64,000 nucleotides of DNA, from NCBI RefSeq assembly GCF_963921235.1, contig NC_086101.1, positions 9,984,001-10,048,000 of the forward strand. Reading direction: 5' to 3'. The stretch comes from Mobula hypostoma. Lineage: Eukaryota. A program made the translations under genes and the position numbers. The notes under the pieces are model-generated. The model made no database searches. It worked only from the letters and a program-made list of their open reading frames with translations, and had not been told where the DNA came from. This document shows, one piece after another, positions 14,665 to 28,275 of the stretch. Each line of letters begins with the position of its first letter. Within the stretch, counting starts at the first letter, position 1.

Positions 14665-16163
14665 TTACAGTTCAGAGGAGTTGCTTTGTGTGCCAATGTC
14701 CAGGGCACCTAGCAAGGAAGATGTGGAGTACTTTGCCATGTATTCAACCTGAGCCTGAGGCTCCAGAGGGTTCCTGTGCTGTGGAAGACGTCCTGCCTTG
14801 TCCCTGTGCTGAAGATGCCGTGCCCCAGTGGCCTCAATGACTACAGACCGGTGGCATTGACCTCCCACATCATGAAGACCCTGGAGAGACTTGTTCTGGA
14901 GCTGCTCCGGCCTATGATCAGGCCACACTTAGATCCCCTCCAGTTCGCCTACCAGCCCCGACTAGGAGTTGAGGATGCCAGCGTCTACCTGCTGAACCGT
15001 GTCTACGCCCACCTGGACAAGCCAGCGAGCACTGTGAGTGTCATGTTTTTTGACTTCTCCAGTGCGTTCAACACCATCTGCCTGCTCTGCTGGGGGAGAA
15101 GCTGACAGCGATGCAGGTGGATGCTCCCCTTGTGTCATGGATCCTGATTACCAGACCGGCAGACCACAGTACGTGTGCTTGCAACACTGTTTGTCTGACA
15201 GAGTGATCAGCAGCACTGGGGCTCCACAGGGGACTGTCTGGTCTCCCTTTCTCTTCATCATTTACACCTCAGACTTCAACTACTGCACAGAGTCTTGTCA
15301 TCTCCAGAGGTTTTTGGATGACTCTGCCATAGTTGGATGCATCAGCAAGGGAGATGAGGCTGAGTACAGGGCTATGGTAGGAAACTTTGTCACATGGTGT
15401 GAGCAGAATTATCTGCAGCTTAATGTGAAAAAGACTAAGGAGCTGGTGGTAGACCTGAGGAGAGCTAAGGTACCGGTGACCCAGGGGGTCAGTGTGGACA
15501 TGGTGGAGGATTACAAGTACCTGGAGATAAAAAATTGACAATAAACTGGACTGGTCAAAGAACACTGAGGCTGTCTACAAGAAGGGTCAGAGCCGTCTCT
15601 ATTTCCTGAGGAGACTGAGGTCCTTTAACATCTGCCAGACGATGCTGAGGATGTTCTACGAGTCTGTGGTGGCCAGTGCTATCATGTTTGCTGTTGTGTG
15701 CTGGGACAGCAGGCTGAGGGTAGCAGACACCAACAGAATCAACAAACTCATTCGTAAGGCCAGTGATGTTGTGGGGATGGAACTGGACTCTCTGACGGTG
15801 GTGTCTGAAAAGAGGATGCTGTCCAAGTTGCATGCCATCTTGGACAATGTCTCCCATCCACTACATAATGTACTGGGTGGCCACAGGAGTACATTCAGCC
15901 AGAGACTCATTCCTCCGAGATGCAGCACAGAGTGTCATAGGAAGTCATTCCTGCCTGTGGCCTTCAAACTTTACAACTCCTCCCTCGGAGGGTCAGACAC
16001 CCTGAGCCAATAGGCTGGTCCTGGACTTATTTCATAATTTACTGGCATAATTTACATATTACTATTTAACTATTTATGGTTCTATTACTACTTATTATTT
16101 ATGGTGCAACTGTAACGAAAATCCAATTTCCCCCGGGATCAATAAAGTATGACTATGACTATG
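14665..16163 (+). mobile_element. Rex1/Babar-type LINE, 3' part
   Basis: NDYRPVALTSHIMK, FDFSSAFNTI, GAPQG, FLDD; ends in AATAAAG(TATGAC)n. Confidence 0.85.
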
Positions 16164-16749
16164 AAAGGTAAAGGAGATGATTTGGTACAGCTGTGACCTC
16201 TCAGGCGTGGTTGGAGGCAGTGTCTTGAGAGACTATGAGAATCTCTCATTAAAGCAGACAGAATTCATGTGTGACAGTGGAAAAGCGTGTATGGAACCAG
16301 CGGAGATAGCAGAGGTACTCACTAGCACGGGAGGGCATAGTTTTAAGGTGCTTGTAAGTAGGTACAGAGGAGATGTCAGAGGTAGGTTTTTTTACACAGA
16401 AAGTGTTGAGTGCATGGAATGGGCGTGAGGGCGGTGGTGGAGGCGGAAACGATAGGGTCTTTTAAGAGACTCCTGGATATGTACATGGAGCTTAGAAAAA
16501 TAGAGGGCTATGGGTAAGCCTAGGTAGTTCTAAGGTAAGGATATGTTTGGCATAGCTTTGCAGCCGAAGGGCAGAGAGGGCAATGAGGGCAGAGAGAAGT
16601 CAGCCCCAGATACTTGAGTTCAAGCGAGTGTAGATTCCTGGATGTGCCCAAACAATGAAGGTATTACTGTAGGGATAGGCACACTAAGCAAATAGAAACA
16701 CTTTTATACTACCAGCACTATCTTTCTCTGGTGGCTTTCACTGACAGTC

Positions 16750-17950
16750 ACAACACCATTCCTCCTTTAATCCCTCCCACTCAGTTGCATCCAAACCAAC
16801 TGAACCCCAGAATGTTGAGTTGCCAGTCCTGCCTCTCCTGAAGCCAAGTCTCACTAATGGCTACAATATCATAATTCCACCTGTTGATCCACACCCTGAG
16901 CTCATCTGCCTTTCCTACGATACTTCTTTCACCACGCTCAACCTTTTGATTCTGAGCTTTGACTGAGGTCTTAACAATATCTGTCTCCACAACCTCTCCA
17001 TTATCTGTTCTGGCATTCTGGTTCCAATCATCCTGCAACTGTACTTTAAACCTCACCCCCTCCGCACTAGCAAACCTTCCCACTAGGATATTACTCCCCC
17101 TCCAGTCCAGATGCAAATCGTCCCTTCTGTACAGGTCCTACATTCCCTGGAAGAGCACCTAATGACCCAGAAATCTGACCCCAACACCAACCCCTTAGCC
17201 ACATGTTAAACAGTATAATCTTCTAATTTTTGGCCTCAGTAGCACATGGTACAGATAGCAATCCCGAGATCACAAGGTCCTGCCCTTTGACTTAGCATCT
17301 GCCTCGCTGAAATCACTTTGCAGAACCATGTCACTTTTCCTACCTATGTCATTGCACTGGACTACATGGACTGCAATCTCTGGCTGCTCACTCTCTCACT
17401 TCAGAATGCTATGGACTCAATCTAAGATATCCTGGACCATCTGAGAATCTCATTTTCGTCCACAGAACCTCCTTTCTGTTCCCCTAACTAATAAGTCCCC
17501 TATCACCACAGCTTGCTTCTTCTTCCCTCTTCCCTTCTGAGTCACAGAGCCAGAGACTTTCCTCTGCAAGGTCATTCCCCCCCCCCGCCCCGCCAGGCAA
17601 TATGCAACAGTATCCTGTTGTTGCGGGAGATGGTCACAGACATACTCTGCACTGTCTGCTTAACCCCGTTCCCTTTCCTGACTGTCACCCAGATTCCTGT
17701 GTACTGCAGTTTGAGTGCAAGTGTAGTCATCAGGGACACTGCAGGGCTCTCTGTCTTCCTACATCCCACAAGAGGAGCATTTAGCTATCCTGCCTGGCAT
17801 CCCTATTGTTCTAAATGAGGAAATATACAGAAGGACAAATCTATCTACAGCTTTTCAGTTGCCCTCACCGAAACCTCTCCTTGGTGAAGCCTCAGAGAGC
17901 TAAAGCCTCAAAATCTCAACTCTGAATCTGTCCACTCCAACAGTGACCAC
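16750..17950 (-). mobile_element. Degenerate CR1 ORF1/ORF2 junction
   Basis: WNYDIVAISETWLQ APE motif; ORF1 C-terminus remnant. Confidence 0.7.
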
Positions 17951-18499
17951 TCCAGCAGTGACCACTCCAGCAGTGGTCACTGCACTCGCCCTGCCTTATT
18001 TTAATTTGTTGTTTCCAATACATCCCCATCGCTGACTGGACACTGCTCAAAACACCAAACTGCCACCAGTCAAGCCTTATCTACTGAATCTGCATTCCTG
18101 AGTGAGCCACATCTTCTCACCCTTTGGATCTCTGACTGGCCGCTGCTCAGAAGTCCAAGTTGCTGTGCGTTGCTGCCTTATCTACTCAATCACTATGTCT
18201 CTGATCACCGATTGGCCGCTGCCCAAAAGTGCAATACTACATCTCTCTGCCATTCAATGGCTCACTGGCCAAGTTGATCAAGACCCCATTGTAATATTTG
18301 CTAAGCAATGGGCATCAGGACAATGTAGTTCAGAGTTCAATTCTGTCATTGTCTGTTAGGAGGTTGTACATTGTCTGCATGACTGTGTGGGTTTCTGCCA
18401 GGTCTCTGGATTCCCCCCACAGTACAAAGGTTACAAAGATTATTGATCACAGTGTAATAAAAATGATATTAGCAATTCAGTTTGTATTTTTATTGAGAT

Positions 18500-18761
18500 A
18501 CAGCATGGAATAGGCCCTTCCAGGCCTTCAAACCATGACATCAACCAATATCCTGATTTTAATCCTTGCCTAAACACAGGGCAATTTACAGTGACCAGTT
18601 AACATCCCAACCAGTATGTCTTTGGACAACTGGCACACCCAGAGGACACCCGTGGGGTCACGGGGAAAACATACAAACTGCCTGCAGGCAGCAGTGGGAA
18701 TTGAACCTGGGCCATCTGTACCATAAAGCATTGTGATAATCACTACGCTACTGTGGCACCC
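18500..18761 (-). mobile_element. tRNA-derived SINE
   Basis: Minus strand GGTGCCACAGTAGCGTAGTG (A box) .. CCAGGTTCAATTCC (B box), followed by a SINE body. Related fragments near 18300, 28400/29040 and 29380-29580. Confidence 0.6.
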
Positions 18762-19345
18762 TGTGATTAGCCTAGTGTTGAATAGCCAGGTTGCCGGGCA
18801 TTTCGTCTCGTTGGGCTGGGACAGCAGGTTTCACGCTGTATATCTATTAAATAAATATGTAACACTCCTCACTGTCCACTATGCACCCGATTTTAGAGTC
18901 CTCCACAAACCTACTAAACACGTCACCTACATTCTCTCCAAATCATTCATATGAATGATGAAAAACAGTGGACCCAGCACCGATCCCTGCAGCACAACTG
19001 CTGGTCACAGGACTCCACCCAGACAATTCTGTATCCTATTCCAGATCGTACTGTATCCCATGTGATCTAACTCTGAGGAACAGCCTACCATGAAGTACTT
19101 TGTCAAATAGCTCACTAAAGTCCACGTAGACAATGCCCACTGCACTTCTATCATCCATCTTCTTTATCCATGCTGGGTATCTCTAATTAGTCCTTGACTT
19201 TCAAATAAACGTAGATCCTATCTCTCAGAATCACCTCCATTAATTTACCCTCCACCACTGTTACACTCACCAATCTGTACCTCCCAGGCTTTTCCCTTGC
19301 AGTCCAGGATAAATAAAAGTACATTAGTCCCCCTCCAGCCTTCTG

Positions 19346-19768
19346 TGTCACAACCACAGATTCAGCAGCACAGTAGATTCGGCAATTTCACTTGTGAATA
19401 TGCATGTGCCTGCTAATTATTATTTCATTCTGATAGTATTTAACTGAATTCATTCCTTCGTAGTATTTGTCGAAACTTGAACCCAGCACAGCAACGCTTC
19501 ACTGCCTGTTTGCTTTTGGCCTCGCCTGAGAAATTCGGACTGTCGAGTCAACTGACTCTGAAGGTGGTATTCACTTTATACTTAGTTGTTCTTTCTAGCT
19601 GCAGAGTAGGCTTCATTTTCCATTTGAGAATTTTAGTTAACGGCCCTGTTTGGCCTAGCGTTTATTGTATTCTTTTCTGCTTTAACACTGTTCGCATTAA
19701 AGTCTGTGAACTATTGACCCACCTCAGGTTCTCTCACTCCACACTTGGGCCATCCAAACCAGGTGACA
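19346..19768 (+). mobile_element. Solo LTR (423 bp)
   Basis: TGTCAC..GTGACA termini, perfect 5-bp TSD TTCTG, ATTAAA signal. Confidence 0.8.
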
Positions 19769-20469
19769 TTCTGGCTCATCACTTGTAGCAATAGATGATA
19801 CACTTATCTCTGAAAGGTGCCCCACAATTTCTTCCTCAGCTTCCCACAATGATCAGGACCTGGGGATTTATCTCCCTTTCTGCATTTAAGGGTCTGCAGC
19901 ACATTTGCTTCCGTAATGTGGTTGAAAATGATCATCTTCTGTAAGACACAGGAGACTGATCTTATGCCAGCCAATGGGATGGTAGATGGTAAATAGGTCA
20001 CACAGAGATGATGGGTAGAAGGGCCGGTTTCTGTGCTGTATGACAATGACTCTGTGACTTTAAGTGAACTAAATGACCGAGATCCCACAGCCCACCGGTG
20101 AAGAGAATTCTGGATACACCATCTTCTGAGGGTTCACCCATCCTGAGACAGTGACCCCTGACCCTCGACTCCTCAGAGAGGGGAAACAGTCTATCTGCAT
20201 CCTGTCTGTTGAGCACGTGAAGAATGTTACTTGAATTTGTTATCATACTCAGCACAGGCATCATTGGACCAGTTTACTGAGGGAAATGAGAAAATCCGGA
20301 TGGAGGTTCTGGACATAATTTGCTAATCCTCCTTGGGTACATGTGTGAGAGGAAATCTGCCAGAGTATATAGTGTCTGTGTTGATCAGAGGTGAATTCCG
20401 CTTGGACTGTCTGGTCTCAGTCTCACAGTCCCATGTGGTTGTTTGATAATAACTGTGAAACCTGAAAGG

Positions 20470-20483
20470 CCAGCAGGGGGCAG
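20470..20483 (+). promoter_or_regulatory. CTCF-like motif in gene A intron 5
   Basis: GGCCAGCAGGGGGCAG closely matches the CTCF core consensus. Confidence 0.45.
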
Positions 20484-20866
20484 ACTTGAGTTCCCCTGAA
20501 CTATCCAGGTGCATTTGTCTGATGATCCCAGCTTTTATCCCTATGGCATCATCAAAAGAATATTCATTCCGTAGCTATTTTGTTTGTATTCAACATCATC
20601 TCATGGGGAGTTTTTGCAGAACGGAAGGGATTAGGATGTGGATGTTCATTTACAGTGTGTCAACTGGTTGTACTGTGCCTCAGCCAGTGTGTTCAGGGAT
20701 CTCCAGCTGACCATGTGACAGTGATGTTTCCCAGCAGGTGGGTTGGTGCTAAAATAAAATATTTATAAATGTTCCCTTTCAGTCTATTATTATAGCGATC
20801 TTTGTGTCTGAGTCTTATTTAAAGATGTCTCATGCACAATATCAAAGGAAACAGTACAAGTTTTAC

Positions 20867-20985
20867 CTCGATTAATGGCATCAAATGATTCTTCCAAAAT
20901 GTTTTTCAATAAAAAGAGGCAATTGAACTTTGCAATCGGCAGAGCACCATCTGTCACTGACAGTGAAACTTCTTCATCACAGATC
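20867..20985 (-). CDS. TRIM gene A exon 5 (linker)
   Basis: TGCAG|GATCTG..CGAG|GTAAAA; 119 nt; splice phases fit exons 4 and 6. Confidence 0.85.
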
Positions 20986-21080
20986 CTGCAGGAGCAACAC
21001 AACCCGTTATAAACTGAGCATTGGCAGGTTTTGTGCACTTTCACAACACAGACAGGGTTTCAGTGAAGAGCGTGTCCTAC

Positions 21081-21103
21081 CTTTTCTTCTGTTGAGCTTC
21101 CTC
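21081..21103 (-). CDS. TRIM gene A exon 4 (23-nt micro-exon)
   Basis: TTTCAG|GAGGAAGCTCAACAGAAGAAAAG|GTAGG; same length as the paralogous exon at 62446-62468. Confidence 0.85.
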
Positions 21104-22209
21104 CTGAAAGAAATAAAACACAAATCTGAATTGACTTAGACTGACCATTCAATCCTGATGGCAGGAATTACAACCAAAATATTTCAATCTTCTGAAAAGT
21201 CCCACTGACCAAACCTCGCTCACATTGACACAAAGAGTGGAAATGGATACCATAGGACATAGAATGATGGGAGAAAGTACGGAAACTTTTAAATGAAAAT
21301 TCTACCGTAACCAAGAGAATGCAGATTGCAGGGAAGATTGGACTGGTTGTGTATGTTTATCTGGAGAAGATGTCAATGATGATCAGATTAAGGTTATCAA
21401 TAGATTTGATTGGGTGAGGTGGAGAGGGTACCCGTACTTGTGGGGAGACTAAAAGTCAAAAATAAAATGTCAGGTGGTCTTCAATGTATCCCATAAGGAA
21501 TTCAGTAAGAGAATAGGGAACTGGCTGCCACAGGTGTTCTTTAAGCCAACAGCAGAGATAAATAGAAGGGGAAGGTGATAAAGATCTGGGGAACCATGGG
21601 ATTTGAGCCATTGCTGATGGGTGACTGGTGGATGGAGACTTGTGTGGAGCAGCAAAGCTATTAGGAGAAGATGGCCCAAATGGCCTAACCACGATAAGGA
21701 ATGGGATGTAATTTAACATTGGACAAAGCAAAATAAAATGGTAAATTTCCCGCAAATGCCTCCACCAATGGAAACTGGCCAGAGATAACCAATTATTAAT
21801 CCCAGTTAAATCTGATATATGTGTGTCAAATTCCGGATGCCAATGTTAGTCCCAAATCATTGGCACAGTCCCCCTTGCAATCAATACAACACGGGGAAAG
21901 GAGCAGGGGGAGACCATCAAACCCCTCAAACCTGAAACTCTAGTCATGGTTGATCTACCTCTCATCTCCTCTCCTCTTCTTTGCTGGGTTCCAAATGTTC
22001 GCAATTCCCCATTTTGTTTTCAAATTTTATCCACCTCTACTTTAACATCAAGCCAGTTAACCTCTCCACCTATTTTGTGCAAAGAATTCTGGAGATTCAC
22101 TGCTCATGGTGAGAAGAAATTTATAAAGACCCCAGTATTAGATGACCAGGCATTTGCCATGAAATTATGTCCCCACTTTCCAGATCCTCCCACACATAAA
22201 ACCTTGAGA

Positions 22210-25200
22210 TAGAGGAGCAGAAGTAGGCCATTTGGCCCATCGAGTTTGCTCTGCCATTCAATCATGGGCTGATCCACTTCATCCAGTTATTCCTACTCCC
22301 CTGCCTTCAGCCCATATTCTTTGATGCCCTGGCTAATCAAGAATCTATCTATCTCTGTCTTAAATACATCCAATGACTTGGCCTCCACAGCCGCTTGTGG
22401 CTACAAATCCACAGATTTACCACCTTCCGATTAAATCAATTTCTCCGCATCTCACTTCTAAAAGGTCACCCTTAAATCCTGAAGTCATGCCTTCTTTCCA
22501 AGAATCCACTACCATGGAAAATAACTTTGCCATATCTAATCTGTTCAGGCCTTTTAACATGCAGATTGTTTCTATGAGATCCCCCCTTCATTCTCCAGAA
22601 CTTCAAGAGCTGCCAGACGTTCCTCATATGGTAACCCTCTCATTCCTGGAATCATTCTCATGAATCTTCTCTGAACCCTCTCCAATGTCAGTATATCCTT
22701 TCTAAAATAATGATCCCAAAACTGCACACAATTCTCCAAGTGTGGTCTCACGATTGCCTTATAGTGCCTCAACATCATAACCCTGCTCTTAGATTCTGTA
22801 CCTTTAGAAATGACTGCCAACATTGCATTCACCTTCTTCACAACAGACTCAAACTGGAGTTTAACCTTCAGGGTATCTTGCACAGGGACTTCCAAGTCCC
22901 TTTGCATCTCTGCATTTTGAATTCTCTCCCCATCTAAATAATAGTCTGCCCATTTATTTCGTCCACCAAAGTGCGTGACCATACACTTTCCAACATTGAA
23001 TTTCATTTGCCACTTCTTTGCCCATTCCCCTAAACTATCTAAGTCTCTCTGTTTCCTCAACACTACCCGCTCCTCCACCTATCTTTGTATCATTGGCAAA
23101 TTTAGCCACAAATCTATTTATACTATACTCCAAATCATTGACGTACATCGTAAAAAGCAACGATCCCAACACCGACCCCTGCGGAACTCCACTGGTAACT
23201 GGCAGCCAGCCAGAATAGGATCCCTTTATTCCCACTCTCTGTTTTCTGCCAATCAGCCAATGCTCCACCCATGCTAGTAACTCCCCTGAAATTCCATGGG
23301 TTCTAATCTTGCTCAGCAGCCTCATGTGTGGCACTTTGTCAAAGGCTTTCTGAAAATCCAAGTACACCACATCTATTACATCTCCTTTGTCTACCCTGCT
23401 TGTAATTTCCTCAAAGAATTGCAGTAGGTTTGTCAGGCAGGATTTTCCTTTCAGGAAACCATGTTGGCTTTGCCCTATCTTGTCATGTGCCTCCAGGTAC
23501 TCCATAATCTCATCCCTAACAATCGATTCCAACAACTTCCCAACCACTGATGTCAGGCTAACAGGTCTATAGTTTCCTTTCTGCTGCCTCCCACCCTTTT
23601 TCCAGTCATCCGATACATTGCCAGAAGTTATCAATTTTTGAAAGATCATTGTTAATGCTTTCACAGTCTCTCCAGCTACTTCCTTCAGAACCCACGGTTG
23701 CAATCCACCAGGTCCAGGAGATTTATCCACCCTCAGATCATTAAGCTTCCTGAGAACCTACTCAGTCATAATTTTCACTGCACAAACTTCACTTCCCTGA
23801 CGCTCTTGAATGTCCAGTACACTGCAGATGTCTTCCACTGTGAAGACTGATGCAAAATTTGCATTCAGTTCCTCTGCCTCTCTCATTACAATATCTCCAG
23901 CGTCATTTTGTATTGGTCCTATATCTGCCCTTGACTCTCTTTTACCCCTTATATACTTAAAAAGCTTTTAGTATTTTCTTTGATATTAGTCCTCAGCTTC
24001 CCCTGATAATTCATCTTTTCCTTCCTAATGACCTTCTCAGTTTCCTTCTGCAAGTTTTTAAAAGCTCCCCTATCCTCTGTCTTCCCTCTAGCTCTGGCTT
24101 CTTTGTATGTCCTCTCTCTTGCTTTTACTTTGGCTCTGACTTCACTTGTCAGCCACGGTCATGTCCTTCTTCGCTTTGAATATTTCTTCTTATTTGCAAT
24201 ATATCTGTCTTGCTCTTTCCATATTTTTCACTGAAACTCTGCTGTCCTTCTTGCTGGTGTCCCTTTCCAGTCAACTTCGGCCAGTTTTCCTCTCATGTCA
24301 TTGTAATTTCTTTTATTCCACTGAAACACCAACACATTGGATTTTACTTTTTCCCTCTCAAATTTCAATGTGAACCGATCATATTGTGATCACTGTTCCC
24401 TAAAGGTTCCTTAACCTTAAGCTCTCTTATCACCTCCGGATCATTGCGCAACACCCATTCCAGCACAGCTGATCCCCTAGCAGGCTCAAGAACAAGCTGT
24501 TCTAAAAAACCGTCCCTTACAACTTCTACAAATTCTCTCTCTTGAGGTCCAGTACCGGCCTGGTTTTCCCAATCCACTTTCATGTTAAAATCCCCAATGA
24601 TTATCATGACATTGCCTTTCTGACACGCCTTTTCTATCTCCTGCTGTAATTTGTAATCCACCTCCCAGCTGCTGTTTGGAGCCCTGTATACTACTGCCAT
24701 TAGGGTCCTTTTATCATTGCTATTTCTTAACTCAATCCATAGAGATTCTACACCTTCCGATCCTATGTCATCTCTTTCCAATGATTTAATATTTCTTATA
24801 CACAGAGCCCCACCACCGCCTCTGCCTACTAACCTATCTTTCTAATACACCATATATCCTTGAACGTTCAGCTCCCAATGGCAGCCATCTTCTAGCCAAG
24901 TTTCAGAGATGGCCAAAACATCGTACTTGCCAATCTGTGGTTGAATTTGAAGAACATCCATTTTATTCCTTATTCTGTGTGCACTTATATTAAGTATAAC
25001 ACTTTCAGTCCAGTATTTGTTGCTTTCTGTTTTAACTGCACCAGGCCTCTGTTTCCCTGTAATTCATGCCATTGGCTGTGATTAAACCTCCTCTCCAGCC
25101 TATTCTTTCTATTATCTCTGTTGCATGCTATCTTTGATTTATTTCCGTTTTCCCCTTCCTCAACCATTTCACTCCAGTTCCCATCCCCCTGCCAAATTAG

Positions 25201-25790
25201 TTTAAACGCTCCCTAACAGCTCTATTAAATGTGCCCGCTAGGATGTTGGACCCCTTTGGGATCAGGTGTAACCTGTTCTTTTTGTACAGGTCATACCTCC
25301 CCCAGAAGAGGCCCCAATGATCCAGGAATCTGAAGCCCTGCCCACTACACCAGTCTCTCAGCCACACATTAATATGCCTGTTCATGCTATTCTTGCACTC
25401 GCTAGCATATGGCACAGGCAGCAATCCTGAGATTTGTACTCTAGAGGTCCCGTTTTTCAGCTTCCTACCTAACTCCCTGAATTCTCTCTTCAGGACCTCC
25501 TCCCTTTTTCTACCTATGTCATTGGTACCAGCATGTACCAAGAAATCTAGCTGGTCACCCTCTCCCTTCAGAATACTCTCCACCCGATCCGAGACATCCT
25601 GTACCCTGGCACCTGGGAGGCAACACACCATGCGGGTATCTCTATCAGGCTGACAGAACCTCCTGTCTGGTCCCCTCACTATGGAATCCCCTATGACTGC
25701 TGCATTCCTCGTCTTCCTCTTTCTGTTCTGCACCAGGGAACCAGACTCAGTGCCTGAGATCCGATCGCCGTGGTCATCCTCAGTAATCGT
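22210..25790 (-). mobile_element. CR1 LINE (ORF1 esterase + ORF2, fragmented)
   Basis: ORFs 25197-25790, 24365-24781, 23035-23730 and 22572-23078 carry CR1 ORF1, APE and RT motifs. Confidence 0.9.
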
Positions 25791-27510
25791 TTGAGGTTGG
25801 AGGTGACATTGGATGCATGGCAACTCTGGCAGGGCTTGCAATACATTATTTCCTACAAAGCGAAACCCAATAGCATGAATGGCAGTGATGTTTCACTACC
25901 AGATGAACTCAATGCCTTCTATGCCTGCTTTGAAAGGGAGAATAAAATTACAGCTGTGAAGATCCCTGCTGCACCCAGTGACTCTGTGATCTCTGTATTG
26001 GAGGCTGATGTTAGGCTGTCTTTAAAGAGGGGGAACCCTTGCAAGGTGGAAGGCCGCGACTGGGTACCTGATAAGGCTCTGAAAAGTTGTGCCAACCAAC
26101 TGGCGGGAGTTTTCAACAACATTTTCAACCTGCCACTGCTATGAGCAGAAGTTTGCACTTGCTTCAAAAAGGCAACCAGTGCCTAAGAAGAATAATGTGA
26201 GCTGCCTTAATGACTATTGCCAGTAGCATTCACATCTACAGTGATGAAAACCTTTGAGACGTTGGTCATGGCTAGACCAAACTCCTGCCTCAGCAAGGAC
26301 CTGGACCCACTACAATTTGCCTATCGCTGCAATAGGTCAACAGCAGACGCAATCTCAATGGCTCTTCACGGGGCCTTGGACCGCCCGGACAGTGCAGACA
26401 CCTGTGTCAGGATGCTGTTCATCGACTATAGCTCAGCATTTGACACAATCATTCCCACAATCCTGATTGATGGGTTGCAGAACCTGGGCCTCTGTACCTC
26501 TCTCTGCAATTGGATCATTGACCTCATAACCGGAAGGTCACCATCTGTGTGGATTAGCGATAATATCTCCTCCTCACTGACACTCATCGCTGGTGCATCT
26601 CAAGTGTGCATGCCTGGCCTGTTGCTCTACTCTCTCTGCCCGTGACTGTGTGGCTAGACATAGCTCAAATACCATCTATAAGTTTGCTGATGATACAACC
26701 ATCATTGGTAGAATGTCAGGTGGAGATGGGAGGGTGTACAGGAGCAATGTTTACCAACCGGTGGAGTGCTATCATGGCAACAGCCTTGCGCTCAACGCCA
26801 GTAAGATGAAGGAGCTGATTGTGGACTTCAGGAAGGGTAAGACAAAGGAACACACACCAATCCTCATAGAGGGAGCAGAAGTGGAGAGAGTGAGCACTTT
26901 CACTTTCCTGGGTGTCAAGATCTCTGAGGACCTAACACATCGATGCAGTTATATGGAAGGCGAGGCAGTGACTATACTTCGTCAGGAGTTTGAGGGGATT
27001 TGGTACGTCAACAAAAACACTCAAAAACTTCTGTGGGGGTGCCGTGTGGATCATTCTGACAGGCTGCATCACTGTCTGTTATGGGGCGGGGGCTACTGCA
27101 CAGGATTGAGAGAAGCTGCAGAGGGTCTTAAATTCAGTCAGCTCCATCTCGGGTGCTGGCCTACAAAGTACCCAGGACATCTTCAAGGACTGGTCTCTCA
27201 GAAAGGTAGTGTCTATTCTTAAGGACCCCCGCACCCAGGGCATGCCGTTTTCTCATTGTTGCCAGCGGGTGGGGGATGCAGGAGCCTGGGGGCTCACACT
27301 CAGTGATTTAGGACCGGCTTCTTCCCCCTCTGATATCCAATTCCTGGGTGGACGTTGAGCCCATGAACACTACCTCACATTTTAAAAATACGTATTATTT
27401 CTATTTTTACATGATTTTTAATCTATTCAATACACATATACTATAATGTATTATTTGTTCTTATATATTATGTATTACATTGAATGGCTGCTGTTATGTT
27501 AATAGGTGAA
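25790..27510 (+). mobile_element. Rex1/Babar-type LINE, degenerate
   Basis: LPDELNAFYACF, DPLQFAYR, DYSSAFDTI, KFADDTT. Confidence 0.85.
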
Positions 27511-28041
27511 TCTGATTTTGATTCTATATTTTAAGTACAGATTGATAGTTTCTTGATCAGTCAAGGTGTCAAAGGTTACAGGGAGAAGGCCAGTGATTGG
27601 GGTTGAGAGGGAAATAAATTGACCATGTTGGATTGGTGGAGCAGATTTAATGGGCTGAAAGGCCTAATTCTGCTCCTATGTCATTTGGTTTAAACATACT
27701 AACTCCAGTTTAGCCCTCACAGCACTGCAACAGCCACACCCACTACATTTAACCACAGTGACTGGTATAAACAGCCTGCAGATATGAAACAATCACAATC
27801 TCATTGTCAAGATCACAGCAACTCATTCACAGGTAGTTTGGAGAAAATCCTCTGATTGAACAGATATTAAAGAGGCCACTTAATTTGGAAAACACCATCA
27901 GCTCAGCCCTGGAAAAGGCGAACATATTCCAATTTCTGAATCATTAGCAAATGCTGCATTTATTTCAGAAATGTCTCCCAGCATTTTGTAACTGTGTATG
28001 TTTACTGAATCAATCTGTAGGAATGTAATGTAATCTCTCAC

Positions 28042-28275
28042 CTTCAGAAATTTCACGCTGTCTTTTTCATCCAGCTGTTTCTGTAACATTGAGATTTCTT
28101 CCCGAATTGAATTTAATTTCTCTTGAATCACTCGAAGATTTTTCTCCATTGGATTTCTAATCCTTGCCTCTCCTTTCCTGAGATCTCGGAGTAAGTGTTG
28201 CTCTTTCTCAGTGAGAATCTGATGCAGTTCAGCAAACTGGGATGTGATCTCTGACTGAACGCTGTGTGACTGTTC
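28042..28275 (-). CDS. TRIM gene A exon 3 (coiled coil)
   Basis: ACAG|GAACAG..AAG|GTGAGA; 234 nt; EQSHSVQSEITSQFAELHQIL..DSVKFLK. Confidence 0.9.

Noticed and set aside
17938..17981. 15-bp tandem repeat (CAGCAGTGACCACTC-like, about 3 copies)
   Set aside because: No spacers; a simple local slippage duplication, not CRISPR-like.
25197..25841. Standalone 214-aa esterase gene
   Set aside because: It is CR1 ORF1 whose N-terminus is antisense Rex1 sequence at an element junction.
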